Source: an uncultured Actinomycetes bacterium (GTDB lineage Bacteria > Actinomycetota > Coriobacteriia > Anaerosomatales > CAMTYE01). From it: a stretch of 64,000 nucleotides of DNA. A program made the position numbers and the translations under genes. How positions within the stretch are numbered: position 1 is the first letter of the stretch; each line of letters starts with the position of its first letter. Below the pieces are notes generated by a model, which was not told where the DNA came from, did not search any database, and saw only the letters and a list, made by a program, of their open reading frames with translations. Below are positions 39,426 through 48,887 of the stretch, in pieces. The stretch is taken from contig CAMTYE010000001.1 of NCBI GenBank assembly GCA_947085935.1, positions 40,878 through 104,877 on the forward strand, written 5' to 3'.

Positions 39426-40700
39426 TCAGGCGGGCCCGGCGGTCATGTAGGTGTCGCGTCCGGCGGCCTTCGCCTCGTAGAGAGCGCTGTCAGCCTTGCT
39501 CATCAGCTCGTCGGGGGATTCGTCGCCGGTGTACTCTGCGATACCGGCGCTCGCGGTCACGATCCGGCTCCCACCGGCGTCGAGCGGCTCCGCGCGCATA
39601 CGCTCGAGGATTCGCGCGGCGAGCGTCTCCGCGTCGCCGATGCCGGTCTCGGGGGACAGGATCACGAACTCCTCGCCACCGATGCGCCCGAAGACGTCGT
39701 ACGGGCGGATGCAGTCCGAGACGCGCCTGACGAACGCTTTGAGAGCGAGGTCGCCTTCCGCGTGACCGAACATGTCGTTGATCGCTTTGAAGTGATCGAT
39801 GTCGAGCATGATGAGCGAGAGGGGGGTCTGGCGCCGCTTCGCGCGTTCGCACTCCTCGGCAAGTCGCGCCATGATCGCCCTGCGGTTGTAGATCCCGGTG
39901 AGTCCGTCGGTGACGGCGGCTTCCCGGAGTCGCGCGTTCGCCCGTTCCACGCGTCGCTCGAGACGGCCGACGAGCAACCACAGGAACGATCCGCCGGTCA
40001 CGAGTGAGGCCAGGCACAGGAGCGCGAGGACGGCTGCTGTGTTGCGTAGCGACTCGTCGGCTTCGCGCATGGGGATGGAGATGCTGAGGGCGCCCCGGAC
40101 ATCACCGACCTCGTAGCCTTGCGTGCCGTGGCACGGAAGACAGGTCGAATCGACTATCAGTGGTCGCAGGTAGCGGTACTGCCGGGGCCTCGATTCGGGG
40201 TCGACTCCGGAAACCGATGGCGCGTCGTTCATGAGGCGTGTGATGCCTGCGGCTTCCCAGGGGTCGGGCCGGTTGGCCGGATTGACGGGGCGGTCGGATG
40301 TCATGTGGATCACGACGCCTTCACGCTTGTCGGTGAGGCCTGCGATCTCGCGGGTCATGGCCGAGGGATTGCGCAGGGTGAAGGTCTGCCCGTTCACGGC
40401 CTCCACATCGGGGTTCACCCCGAGTTCGATCAGGTAGGGGTTGGTGCCGACATCCTCCGTCTTGACCACCCAGACGCCACCATGAGATGCGTTCCATGTC
40501 CGGACGTCGACGATGAGCTGGAAGTACGACATACCCTCCCGCTCAAGACCCCGGTAGATCTCCATGCGAGTGAACTGGAAGATGCCGGCGAACACCGCTA
40601 TCGTCGCCAGGGTGAACACGACGACGAGTTGAAGCCTGAACGGCCTGAGTTCAGTGTCGCGGCCCAGGAAGGGCCTGCGCATTTCGGGTTCCGCTTGCAT
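39426..40700 (-). CDS. Diguanylate cyclase with extracytoplasmic c-type heme (DUF3365/Tll0287-like) sensor
   Basis: TM-flanked domain with NP.N.PD.WE and CLPCH (CxxCH); RPYD I-site, GGEEF. Confidence 0.88.
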   Translation of the reverse strand: MQAEPEMRRPFLGRDTELRPFRLQLVVVFTLATIAVFAGIFQFTRMEIYRGLEREGMSYFQLIVDVRTWNASHGGVWVVKTEDVGTNPYLIELGVNPDVEAVNGQTFTLRNPSAMTREIAGLTDKREGVVIHMTSDRPVNPANRPDPWEAAGITRLMNDAPSVSGVDPESRPRQYRYLRPLIVDSTCLPCHGTQGYEVGDVRGALSISIPMREADESLRNTAAVLALLCLASLVTGGSFLWLLVGRLERRVERANARLREAAVTDGLTGIYNRRAIMARLAEECERAKRRQTPLSLIMLDIDHFKAINDMFGHAEGDLALKAFVRRVSDCIRPYDVFGRIGGEEFVILSPETGIGDAETLAARILERMRAEPLDAGGSRIVTASAGIAEYTGDESPDELMSKADSALYEAKAAGRDTYMTAGPA

Positions 40701-40867
40701 TCACTGTCCCGGCTCGCCGCGGTCGTGGTGTTCATCCTCATGCACGGAGCATGCCGTCTCGCATGAAACGTACGACATGCCGGGTGCAGGCGCAATGAGT
40801 ACTGCGGATGAGTAGTGCATACGATTCCCCGGTGGCGCGCCGCAGAAGACGCGGGAATCCCGGGTGA

Positions 40868-41056
40868 CTACGCGTCGAGGGCTGCTCGCTCGAGCACCCG
40901 TTCGAACCGGTCGTGCCGTGACTGGCGCTCGCTCTGGGCATACAGGTCTGCAGCGATCTCGGCGGCCCTGTTCGCGATCTCGGCGGTGGAGTCGCCTGCA
41001 GGGACCGCGAGCGCAGACGCCGCGGTGTCGCTCAGATCGGTTGTCGGCTCGATCAT
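40868..41056 (-). CDS. Small hypothetical helical protein (62 aa)
   Basis: AGGGGGA RBS; fills the gap; CCGAT elements upstream. Confidence 0.5.
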   Translation of the reverse strand: MIEPTTDLSDTAASALAVPAGDSTAEIANRAAEIAADLYAQSERQSRHDRFERVLERAALDA

Positions 41057-41263
41057 CGGATCCCCCTGTCCCGGGCGTTCATCGGCATACCCGCATCGGT
41101 TATACCCCTCAGACGCCTCGAGGCGGCTGTTGTTTCGGGCCGATTCACGCCAATCCGACGAACGGGCGCGGATGCAGACGAATGGGGCATACTCGAGCGG
41201 AACGGTTCTGGCCAGCTCAGGTCCTTTGGTCTAGGGTCGAAGGAGCGAGGGAGGAGGCACCCG

Positions 41264-42775
41264 TTGACGCGTCCATGCTGGGAGGTCGCTCCCGGCCTGT
41301 TCACCGATCTGTACCAGCTAACGATGGCGCAGGGCTATCACCTCGCGGGCATCGAAGGACGCGAGGCGTGCTTCTACGTGTCGTTCAGGGAGCACCCGTT
41401 CGGAGGCGGCTTCACGCTTCTGTGCGGCATCGAGCAGGTTGCCGAGTACCTCCAGTCGCTCAGCTTCTCTGCCGAGGAGATCGCGTTCCTCGCGTCACGG
41501 ACGGCCGTAGACGGCAGCCCGCTGTTCGCCGCTTCCTTTCTCGATCGTCTCGCCGGCTTCGAGTTCGACTGCGACGTCGACGCGATTCCCGAGGGGACGG
41601 TCGTGTTCCCCGGGGAGCCGGTCGTGCGCGTGAGCGGGCCGATCGCGAGCTGCCAGCTTGTGGAGACCGCGCTGCTCAACATCGTGAACTTCCAGACACT
41701 GGTGGCCACGAAGGCGGCCCGCGTGGTACTTGCGGCGGCCGGCGACCCCGTTGTCGAGTTCGGCCTCCGCAGAGCGCAGGGTCCCGATGGTGGTCTGTCG
41801 GCGAGCAGGGCCGCCTACATCGGCGGATGCGCAGGCACGTCGAACACGCTCGCGGCGCACGCCTTCGGCGTACCGGCGGTAGGAACACACGCGCACAGTT
41901 GGGTGATGGCTTTCGACAGCGAGCGGGAGGCATTCGAGGCGTACGCCGACTCGATGCCGAACAACGTGACGCTGCTGGTCGACACGTACGACACGTTGCA
42001 GGGCGTCCGTTCCGCTGCCGAGGTGGGGATTCGCCTGAAGGCCGAGGGCCGCTCGCTCCTGGGCATCCGGATCGACTCGGGAGACCTAGCGTGGCTTTCG
42101 CAGAGGGCCAGGGAGATACTCGATGAAGCCGGTCTGACCGAGACGCGGATCGTCGCAAGCAACGAACTGGACGAGTACCTGATCATGAGCCTGAAGGACC
42201 AGGGGGCCGCCATCGACGTGTGGGGCGTAGGCACCAAGCTGGTGACGGCATTCGACCAGCCGGCCCTGGGTGGGGTGTACAAGCTGTCGGCGATGCGCGC
42301 CCCATCGGGCGAATGGGTACCGCGAATCAAGGTCTCGGAGCAGACGGCCAAGGTGACCACCCCGGGGGTATTGGGAGTGCGCCGGTATGTCTCGGCCGAA
42401 GGAGCTGCCGTAGGGGACATGATCCACGACGTGAGCCGCCTTTCCTCACAGCCGGCCACGATGATCGACCCGGCCGATTCCACCCGGCGGAAGTCCTTCG
42501 CTGAAGACCACGAGTACAGAGAGCTGATGGAACCGCTGTTCCGCAGAGGCGAGCGAGTCACAGATCCCGCGAACATACAGGACGTGCGGGCGAAAGCGGC
42601 AGCGGAGATCGGAGCATTGGACAAGAGCCGGACGCGGCTGCTCAATCCGCACGGGTATCCGGTCGGCCTCGAGACGTCCGTCTACGAGACGAGACGGCGG
42701 TTGATCCTGGAGGCGCGTGGCGTCGACGATAGGGTCGATCCACCCGGTGACCCCGATGCACGAGTGGGGGGATAG
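41264..42775 (+). CDS. pncB: Nicotinate phosphoribosyltransferase
   Basis: TDLYQLTM, EFGLRRAQG, GTHAHSW, LVDTYD, RIDSGD, GGVYKL. Confidence 0.95.
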   Translation: MTRPCWEVAPGLFTDLYQLTMAQGYHLAGIEGREACFYVSFREHPFGGGFTLLCGIEQVAEYLQSLSFSAEEIAFLASRTAVDGSPLFAASFLDRLAGFEFDCDVDAIPEGTVVFPGEPVVRVSGPIASCQLVETALLNIVNFQTLVATKAARVVLAAAGDPVVEFGLRRAQGPDGGLSASRAAYIGGCAGTSNTLAAHAFGVPAVGTHAHSWVMAFDSEREAFEAYADSMPNNVTLLVDTYDTLQGVRSAAEVGIRLKAEGRSLLGIRIDSGDLAWLSQRAREILDEAGLTETRIVASNELDEYLIMSLKDQGAAIDVWGVGTKLVTAFDQPALGGVYKLSAMRAPSGEWVPRIKVSEQTAKVTTPGVLGVRRYVSAEGAAVGDMIHDVSRLSSQPATMIDPADSTRRKSFAEDHEYRELMEPLFRRGERVTDPANIQDVRAKAAAEIGALDKSRTRLLNPHGYPVGLETSVYETRRRLILEARGVDDRVDPPGDPDARVGG

Positions 42776-42777
42776 TC

Positions 42778-43407
42778 ATGGACGCACTGCTGCTCGTCGA
42801 CATCCAGAATGACTTCATGCCGTTCGGGTCGCTTCCGGTCCCGGACGGCGACGCGGTTGTTCCCGTGGCGAATGCGCTGATCGAGCGGTTCGAGTTCACT
42901 GTCGCCACGCAGGATTGGCATCCTCCGGGCCACTGGAGCTTCGCATCGACGCACGAGGGGCTAGCGCCCGGGGAGGTCCTCGATTCGGCCGGTGTCGTGC
43001 AGATGCTCTGGCCCGATCACTGCGTTCAAGGGAGCCCGGGAGCGTCCTTTCACTCATCACTCGATATCGCGGGCGTCAGCGCCGTGGTTCGAAAAGGGAC
43101 CGACCCGGCGATCGACAGCTACAGCGCCTTCTTCGACAACGCCCGGCACAAGGCCACGGGTCTTGAGCCGCTACTGCGAAGGGCACGGGTCGATCGTGTG
43201 GTGGTGTGCGGGCTCGCGACGGACTACTGCGTCAAGCTCACGGCGCTCGATGCGGTTCGGGCGGGCTTCAGCGTCGTCGTGGTGGCGGACGGGTGTCGGG
43301 CAGTCGAGGCCCATCCGGGCGATGGCGAGGCGGCGTTGGGCGAGATGCGGGCAGCAGGCTGTCGCGTCGTCGACGCGAGGACGTTCCTCGGTAGGCCGGG
43401 GGGCTAG
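42778..43407 (+). CDS. pncA: Nicotinamidase/pyrazinamidase
   Basis: VDIQNDF, TQDWHP..H, WPDHCVQ, GLATDYCV. Confidence 0.95.
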   Translation: MDALLLVDIQNDFMPFGSLPVPDGDAVVPVANALIERFEFTVATQDWHPPGHWSFASTHEGLAPGEVLDSAGVVQMLWPDHCVQGSPGASFHSSLDIAGVSAVVRKGTDPAIDSYSAFFDNARHKATGLEPLLRRARVDRVVVCGLATDYCVKLTALDAVRAGFSVVVVADGCRAVEAHPGDGEAALGEMRAAGCRVVDARTFLGRPGG

Positions 43408-43976
43408 AAGAGGTCGCCCAGGCCTTCCATGGTCTCGCTCGCGTACTCCATATGCCAGTCGTCGAGCGACAGGTACAACGTCGGGTTGAAGACCAGGCCC
43501 ATCGCCTGTACCAGGTCGATGACTCCGGCGAGCAGGTGTTCACTTCCGAGGATCGGGTCGATCAGCGCTGGTGCGATGTAGTCGGACGTCACCGGCATGG
43601 GCGTCCAGAAGAACTTCTCCTTGTCGTGCTTGATGATGAGGTCCAGCACGAGGTTGCCCGCGGTTGTGACGACGATGTCGTACCCATCGGGAGTCGACGT
43701 GCGCAGCACCGCCAGACGCTTCTCAAGGCCTGCCACTTTGACGAGCGTCTGTTCGTCCACTGCCATCTGAAACGGTGAGGCGGGCAGTGACTTAAGCACC
43801 TCTCGCAGGTTGACGGCTGCCACGAGGGGTTTCTCGGGCACGGTCTTGAGCAGCAGATCAAGTGCGATGTTCGCCTCGACCACCGACGTCGCGTTCAGAA
43901 CGATACGGAACAGGTACTTCGTATCGGGGCAGTAGTGTTGCCTGATGAGCGACAGGCTGCGGGTTGCGGTGAGCAT
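43404..43976 (-). CDS. Hypothetical protein
   Basis: Clean ORF with high GC3, AAGGGG RBS, globular composition; no family recognised. Confidence 0.7.
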   Translation of the reverse strand: MLTATRSLSLIRQHYCPDTKYLFRIVLNATSVVEANIALDLLLKTVPEKPLVAAVNLREVLKSLPASPFQMAVDEQTLVKVAGLEKRLAVLRTSTPDGYDIVVTTAGNLVLDLIIKHDKEKFFWTPMPVTSDYIAPALIDPILGSEHLLAGVIDLVQAMGLVFNPTLYLSLDDWHMEYASETMEGLGDLF

Positions 43977-44035
43977 GTCGGGCACCCCTTGATCGTCTCC
44001 ACCGAGCCGGGCGCGCGCACGGCACCCTATACGGA

Positions 44036-44063
44036 GTATCGGTAGTCTGCGCGCCGGGGATTA
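44036..44063 (-). promoter_or_regulatory. Putative sigma28/WhiG-type promoter
   Basis: TAAT-N16-ACCGATAC. Confidence 0.5.
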
Positions 44064-44158
44064 CGGTTACGAGACGGACGGCCGTTACCGCATGTCGGGT
44101 GGCCGACCTCGCCCCGGCACTGTGACGCCCGGCACCTCGCCGACACCCAGGACCCGCT

Positions 44159-45094
44159 TCAACGCTCGATAACCGTGCCCGTGATCTCGTCGCCCGCCGC
44201 CTCGAGCGCACCCATGCCGCAGATGATGCTGCGGCACCCGCACTCCTCGGCCGCCCACGCTGCGGCAGCCAGCTTGGGGCCGATGCTGCCCGCTTCCAGC
44301 TGTCCGCTGTCAAGAAGGCCACGGGCCTGCGAGGGAGACATGCGATTGATCCGACGCGCCGAAGGCGTACCGAAGTCGGCATACACGGCTTCGGCTTCCA
44401 TGAGGATCATGAAGACGTCGGCTTTGACCGCGCAGGCCAGGACCGCTCCCGTCCAGTCCTTGTCCACCACCGCATCGACACCGCTGAGCCGACCGGATTC
44501 GTCTTCCAGGACCGGCACGCCTCCTCCCCCCGCCGCGATGACGGTCGCTCCTTCGTCTACCATGCGTGTGATGATCGGCGCCTCGACAAGCCGGACGGGG
44601 GCCGGTGACGGCACGATTCTGCGCCACCCGCGCGGGCCCATCTCGCGGACGGCCCATCCGTCCTCGCGGGACCGGCGCGCAGCGTCCTCTGCGCTCATGT
44701 GCGGGCCGATCGGCTTGGTCGGCGAGTGCAACGCGGGGTCGTCCGCCGAGACGACGGTCTGCGTCACGACGGTCGCGATGTCGGCCGAGATACCGCGCGA
44801 TACGAGCTCGTTATGGAGCACCTGCGCGAGCATGAGCCCGATGCCGCCCTCCGAGTCCGCGACGGCGATATAGACGGGCATGGGCGGCACGATGTCGCGT
44901 GCCATCTCGCCGCGGAGCAGGATACTTCCCACCACCGGCCCGTTGCCGTGTGTCAGTACGACGCTGTGACCCGCTTCGATCAGAGCGCCAACGCCTCTCA
45001 TGACGGTGGCGACGTGTGCGTACTGCTGTTCGATCGTGCCGATCTCTGCTGGCGGAATGATGGCGTGGCCACCCAGGGCGATGACGTATCTCAT
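44159..45094 (-). CDS. arcC: Carbamate kinase
   Basis: ALGG.A, THGNGP.VG, PTKPIG, WRR.VPSP.P, GGGG.PV, AVVDKD, GS.GPK. Confidence 0.92.
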   Translation of the reverse strand: MRYVIALGGHAIIPPAEIGTIEQQYAHVATVMRGVGALIEAGHSVVLTHGNGPVVGSILLRGEMARDIVPPMPVYIAVADSEGGIGLMLAQVLHNELVSRGISADIATVVTQTVVSADDPALHSPTKPIGPHMSAEDAARRSREDGWAVREMGPRGWRRIVPSPAPVRLVEAPIITRMVDEGATVIAAGGGGVPVLEDESGRLSGVDAVVDKDWTGAVLACAVKADVFMILMEAEAVYADFGTPSARRINRMSPSQARGLLDSGQLEAGSIGPKLAAAAWAAEECGCRSIICGMGALEAAGDEITGTVIER

Positions 45095-45113
45095 GCGTGT
45101 GCCTGCTTCACTG

Positions 45114-46472
45114 TCAGGGTTGCATCGAGCGGTCGGGGAACATGCGGGTCACGAACTCGTCGACGACATCCGTGAGGGTCGGCGTTCCGGCATCCTTCAC
45201 CGTGTACGTCACGCGCACGGTCGGCTTGTCGATGTGGATCAGGCGCGCGAGGTCGATGGGTGTGCCGATGGCGACCACGTCGGCAGGTGAGGCGGCGATC
45301 GTCGCTTCGAGATCCGCAAGCTGTGCCTGCGAATACCCCATAGCCGGCAGGGCGCTGACGAGGTGCGGGTAGGCTGCGAAGGTGTCTCGCAGCGACCCGG
45401 ATGCGAACGGGCGAGGGTCGACCAGCTCGGACGCGCCCGCGTCACGGGCCGCTATGCTCGCGGCGCCGTAGCCCATCCCGCCGTGGGTGATAGTGGGTCC
45501 GTCTTCCACGGCGAGCACGCGTGCGCCCGACAGCGCGTTCGGGTCCGCGGCGACGATCTGCGAAGCAGTCAGCACGATCCGGGCATCCGGGTTGAACGCA
45601 GCCGCCGCGTCACGGAGGCGCTGCACCGTTCCTTCCTCGGCGGTATCGACCTTGTTGATCACGAGAACGTCGGCTCGCAAGAAGTTGACCTCTCCGGGGT
45701 GAAACGCGCGCTCGTGGCCGGCTCTGTGGGGGTCGAGGGCGACGATCTCGAGATCGGAGCGGATGAACGGCATGTCGTTGTTGCCGCCATCCCAGATGAT
45801 GACGTCGGCCTCGCGTGCGGCCTCGCGCGCGATGGCTGCGTAGTCCACACCCGCATACACCGTTGCGCCCATCTCGATGAGGTGCTCGTACTCCTCGCGC
45901 TCCTCGATCGTACAGCCGTAGCGGTCGAGGTCCTCGATGCTCGCGTAGCGTTCGACCGCCATCCGGGACAGGTCGCGATAGGGCATCGGGTGGCGGATAT
46001 CGACGGCGCGCAGGCCGAGGCCCGTGAGCAGCGTCCACAGGTGTTTCGAGATGCCGCTCTTGCCTACGCCGGTCCGGACCGCGCAGACCGAGATGACCGG
46101 AACCGACGCCTCGATCATGGTTCGCTTGGGGCCCAGGATCCCGAAGTCGGCTCCGAGCGAGAGCACAAGCGAGGCGGCGTGCATCACGCGTTCGTGCGGT
46201 ACGTCGCTGTATGCGAAGAGCACGAGGTCGACGTCGTGCTCGCGGACGATTCGCGATAGTTCGCTCTCGGGTCGAATCGGAATGCCATCCGGGTACAGCG
46301 GACCGGAGAGGTCCGGCGGAAACACCCGGCTGTCGATACCCGGTATCTGGGTGGCCGTGATGGCGACGACCTCACTCGCTTCGTCCTCGCGAAAGCAGGT
46401 CAGAAAGTCGTGGAAGTCGCGCCCTGCGGCTCCCATGATCACGATGCGTCGCCGTGGGGTGTTCGTCGTCAT
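45114..46472 (-). CDS. COG2403 P-loop protein (cDPG-synthetase-like; probable arginine synthetase ArcE)
   Basis: MGAAGRDFH, TQIP.I..R, AVRTG.GKS, RHPMPY, TIEEREEYE, WDGGNND.PF, EDGPT.THGGM, PAMGY; adjacent to arcC; TACAAT at 46532-46537. Confidence 0.85.
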   Translation of the reverse strand: MTTNTPRRRIVIMGAAGRDFHDFLTCFREDEASEVVAITATQIPGIDSRVFPPDLSGPLYPDGIPIRPESELSRIVREHDVDLVLFAYSDVPHERVMHAASLVLSLGADFGILGPKRTMIEASVPVISVCAVRTGVGKSGISKHLWTLLTGLGLRAVDIRHPMPYRDLSRMAVERYASIEDLDRYGCTIEEREEYEHLIEMGATVYAGVDYAAIAREAAREADVIIWDGGNNDMPFIRSDLEIVALDPHRAGHERAFHPGEVNFLRADVLVINKVDTAEEGTVQRLRDAAAAFNPDARIVLTASQIVAADPNALSGARVLAVEDGPTITHGGMGYGAASIAARDAGASELVDPRPFASGSLRDTFAAYPHLVSALPAMGYSQAQLADLEATIAASPADVVAIGTPIDLARLIHIDKPTVRVTYTVKDAGTPTLTDVVDEFVTRMFPDRSMQP

Positions 46473-46665
46473 CCCGGGTCCTCTCGGCAGGGGAACGGCC
46501 CTCGTGCTGCATAACTTCCACCAGAAACTGCATTGTAGCCCCAACGCGTGAATCCGTGTCCACGTCCCGCAACACGGCTCGTTACGGTATCGTGTCAGCT
46601 GGCCGCTGCACCGGATTCGTACCTACCGGGGGTCGTGTGGGCGGCACGCGACGAAGGAGGCAGCT

Positions 46666-47241
46666 ATGAAAGTCATCGCAGTGTGCGGTTCGGCACGAAG
46701 GAACGGCAACACGGCTACGTTGCTCCGGGCCGTATTCGAGCCCGTCGAGGCGGCAGGGATCGAATGTGAGCTCGTTGAGCTTGCGGGCAAGCAGATCGCA
46801 GGCTGTACCGCCTGCCAGAAGTGCTTCAAGCACAAGGACGGTCGTTGTCACGGCCGCGACGATGACGGCAACGAGGTCATCGAGCGCCTGGGAGCTGCCG
46901 ATGCGATCGTGCTCGGCTCGCCGGTCTACTTCGCGGACGTGAGCAGTGAGACCAAGGCCATCATCGACCGTGCCGGCTACGTGGGTCGGGCGAATCGCGA
47001 GATGTTCTCCCGCAAGCCCGGTGCGGCCGTCGTCGCGGTCAGGCGCGCGGGTGCGATGCACGCCTTCGACACGATCAACCACTTCTTCCAGATCAGCGAT
47101 ATGTTCGTAGTGGGGTCGAGCTACTGGAACATCGGGGTCGGCGCAGCGAAAGGAGAGGTCGCCGGTGACGAAGAGGGACTTGCGACCATGCGGCGATTGG
47201 GCGAGAACCTCGCCTGGTTGCTGCACAAGCTAAAGGACTGA
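46666..47241 (+). CDS. Flavodoxin-fold iron-sulfur flavoprotein / NADPH-dependent FMN reductase
   Basis: GS.R.NGNT, CTACQKC.....C, GSPVYF, SSYWN. Confidence 0.88.
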   Translation: MKVIAVCGSARRNGNTATLLRAVFEPVEAAGIECELVELAGKQIAGCTACQKCFKHKDGRCHGRDDDGNEVIERLGAADAIVLGSPVYFADVSSETKAIIDRAGYVGRANREMFSRKPGAAVVAVRRAGAMHAFDTINHFFQISDMFVVGSSYWNIGVGAAKGEVAGDEEGLATMRRLGENLAWLLHKLKD

Positions 47242-47244
47242 GCG

Positions 47245-48177
47245 ATGTCTGCTGACAGCACGAACTCCCGGCCCCTGGAGCCGGGCGCCACGGTCGGCTT
47301 CGTGGGCACGGGCGTCATGGGCGCATCGATGGCCGGGCACATCATGGATGCCGGATACGGGCTTGTGGTCCACAACCGCACCATGTCGCGTGCGAGCGGT
47401 CTGATCGATCGCGGGGCACGATGGAGCGACACGCCCGGAGGTGTCGCCGATGGCGCGGATGCCGTGATCACCATCGTGGGCTTCCCGGCCGATGTCGAGC
47501 AGGTCTACCTGGAAGCGGGTGGCCTGTTCGAGCGGGCGCGACGAGGCACGGTGCTCATCGACATGACGACGTCGTCTCCCGCTCTGGCGGTCAGGCTGGC
47601 CGCCGAGGGGCAAGCGCGCGGCATCCCCGTGCTGGACGCCCCTGTCTCTGGCGGCGATGTCGGCGCGCGGGAAGCGCGGCTCACCATCATGGCGGGAGGC
47701 GACGCCCCGGCGTTCTCGCGTGTGCTGCCGCTGCTCGAGGTGATGGGGCCGAACGTGATTCTCCAGGGCCCTGCAGGTTCGGGCCAGCACACGAAGATGG
47801 CCAACCAGATAGCCATCGCGGCGTCCATGATCGGGGCGAGCGAGGCGCTCACGTATGCGATCGCCGCCGGACTCGATCCGGGCACGGTGCTGCGTAGCGT
47901 GACGGCGGGATCGGCCGCGAGCTGGACTCTGAACAACCTGGCACCCCGGATGATCGCCGGAGACTTCGGCCCCGGGTTCTACGTCAAGCACTTCCTCAAG
48001 GACATGCGCATCGCGCTCGATTCCGCGTACGAGCTCGGCATCGAGCTGCCGGGGCTTGCGCTCGCCGAGGGTCTGTACGCGACTCTCTCCGAGACCGGCG
48101 GCGACGACCTCGGGACGCAGTCGCTCTTCACGTTGTACCGGGACGGACTGATTCGGCGCGGAGACCTCGAGCGGTAG
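47245..48177 (+). CDS. Beta-hydroxyacid dehydrogenase (3-hydroxyisobutyrate/tartronate semialdehyde reductase family)
   Basis: GFVGTGVMG, DAPVSGGD.GA, GQHTKMANQ, KHFLKDM. Confidence 0.9.
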   Translation: MSADSTNSRPLEPGATVGFVGTGVMGASMAGHIMDAGYGLVVHNRTMSRASGLIDRGARWSDTPGGVADGADAVITIVGFPADVEQVYLEAGGLFERARRGTVLIDMTTSSPALAVRLAAEGQARGIPVLDAPVSGGDVGAREARLTIMAGGDAPAFSRVLPLLEVMGPNVILQGPAGSGQHTKMANQIAIAASMIGASEALTYAIAAGLDPGTVLRSVTAGSAASWTLNNLAPRMIAGDFGPGFYVKHFLKDMRIALDSAYELGIELPGLALAEGLYATLSETGGDDLGTQSLFTLYRDGLIRRGDLER

Positions 48178-48214
48178 CTCAGGGTGTCGGTGCGCGCCCT
48201 GAAGGGGAGGCGGC

Positions 48215-48511
48215 ATGATGGACGCGATCGTCGCGGTAGGTGGCGGGCTGCTGGGCGCGGCCGCCGGCGCATGGGTCGGGCTGCGCGCGGGCGCCCGGGT
48301 GCGCACCGGCCGGTCCCGTACATTCTGGTTGGCAGCGGTGTCGATCGTGATCGGCGGCATAGCGCTTACCGCTGCGGGACTACTCGTGGGGATGCGGCCG
48401 ATGAGCGTCGCAGGAGTCGCGTGGATAGCCGCGGCGCTCACGGCGCTCAAGTATGGCGCGGGGCGCGTTCCGGGGGTGCCGCTCGCCTCGCGTGAGGCGC
48501 GGCAACGCTGA
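48215..48511 (+). CDS. Small membrane protein
   Basis: GGAGG RBS; three hydrophobic segments. Confidence 0.55.
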   Translation: MMDAIVAVGGGLLGAAAGAWVGLRAGARVRTGRSRTFWLAAVSIVIGGIALTAAGLLVGMRPMSVAGVAWIAAALTALKYGAGRVPGVPLASREARQR

Positions 48512-48552
48512 GTCGACCCTGCGGTGTGGTCGTCGGTTGAGCCGTCAGCGGG

Positions 48553-48834
48553 CTACTCGCAGCCCAGGCGCTCCCTCAGCCATTCGGGCTTGAAGTCGAC
48601 GCAGACACTCTCTCCGTGCCTGAAGGTGGGCGTGTGTAGGCGTCCGTCGTTGAGGTCCGCAGCATAGGCGCGCGCATCGAGGTCACGCGAGACGTCGATC
48701 TCCACGTACTCCACCGACCGGGAGTCAAGCCACTCGCGCGCGGCGCCGCAGTCCGGGCACCAGGGCGTGCAGTACATGAACAGATCGCACGATGCCGGTG
48801 TGGCCGCTCCGTCGTGGCGTTCTCTCTCGTCCAT
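48553..48834 (-). CDS. Glutaredoxin-like (NrdH/mycoredoxin-type) protein
   Basis: MY.TPWCPDC, Y.EIDV, cis-Pro TPT; GAGGAG RBS. Confidence 0.85.
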   Translation of the reverse strand: MDERERHDGAATPASCDLFMYCTPWCPDCGAAREWLDSRSVEYVEIDVSRDLDARAYAADLNDGRLHTPTFRHGESVCVDFKPEWLRERLGCE

Positions 48835-48887
48835 GAGCTGACTCCTCGGCGGTGCCGGGTCCTGCCCGCGGTCGCGCGCGGCGTTGA

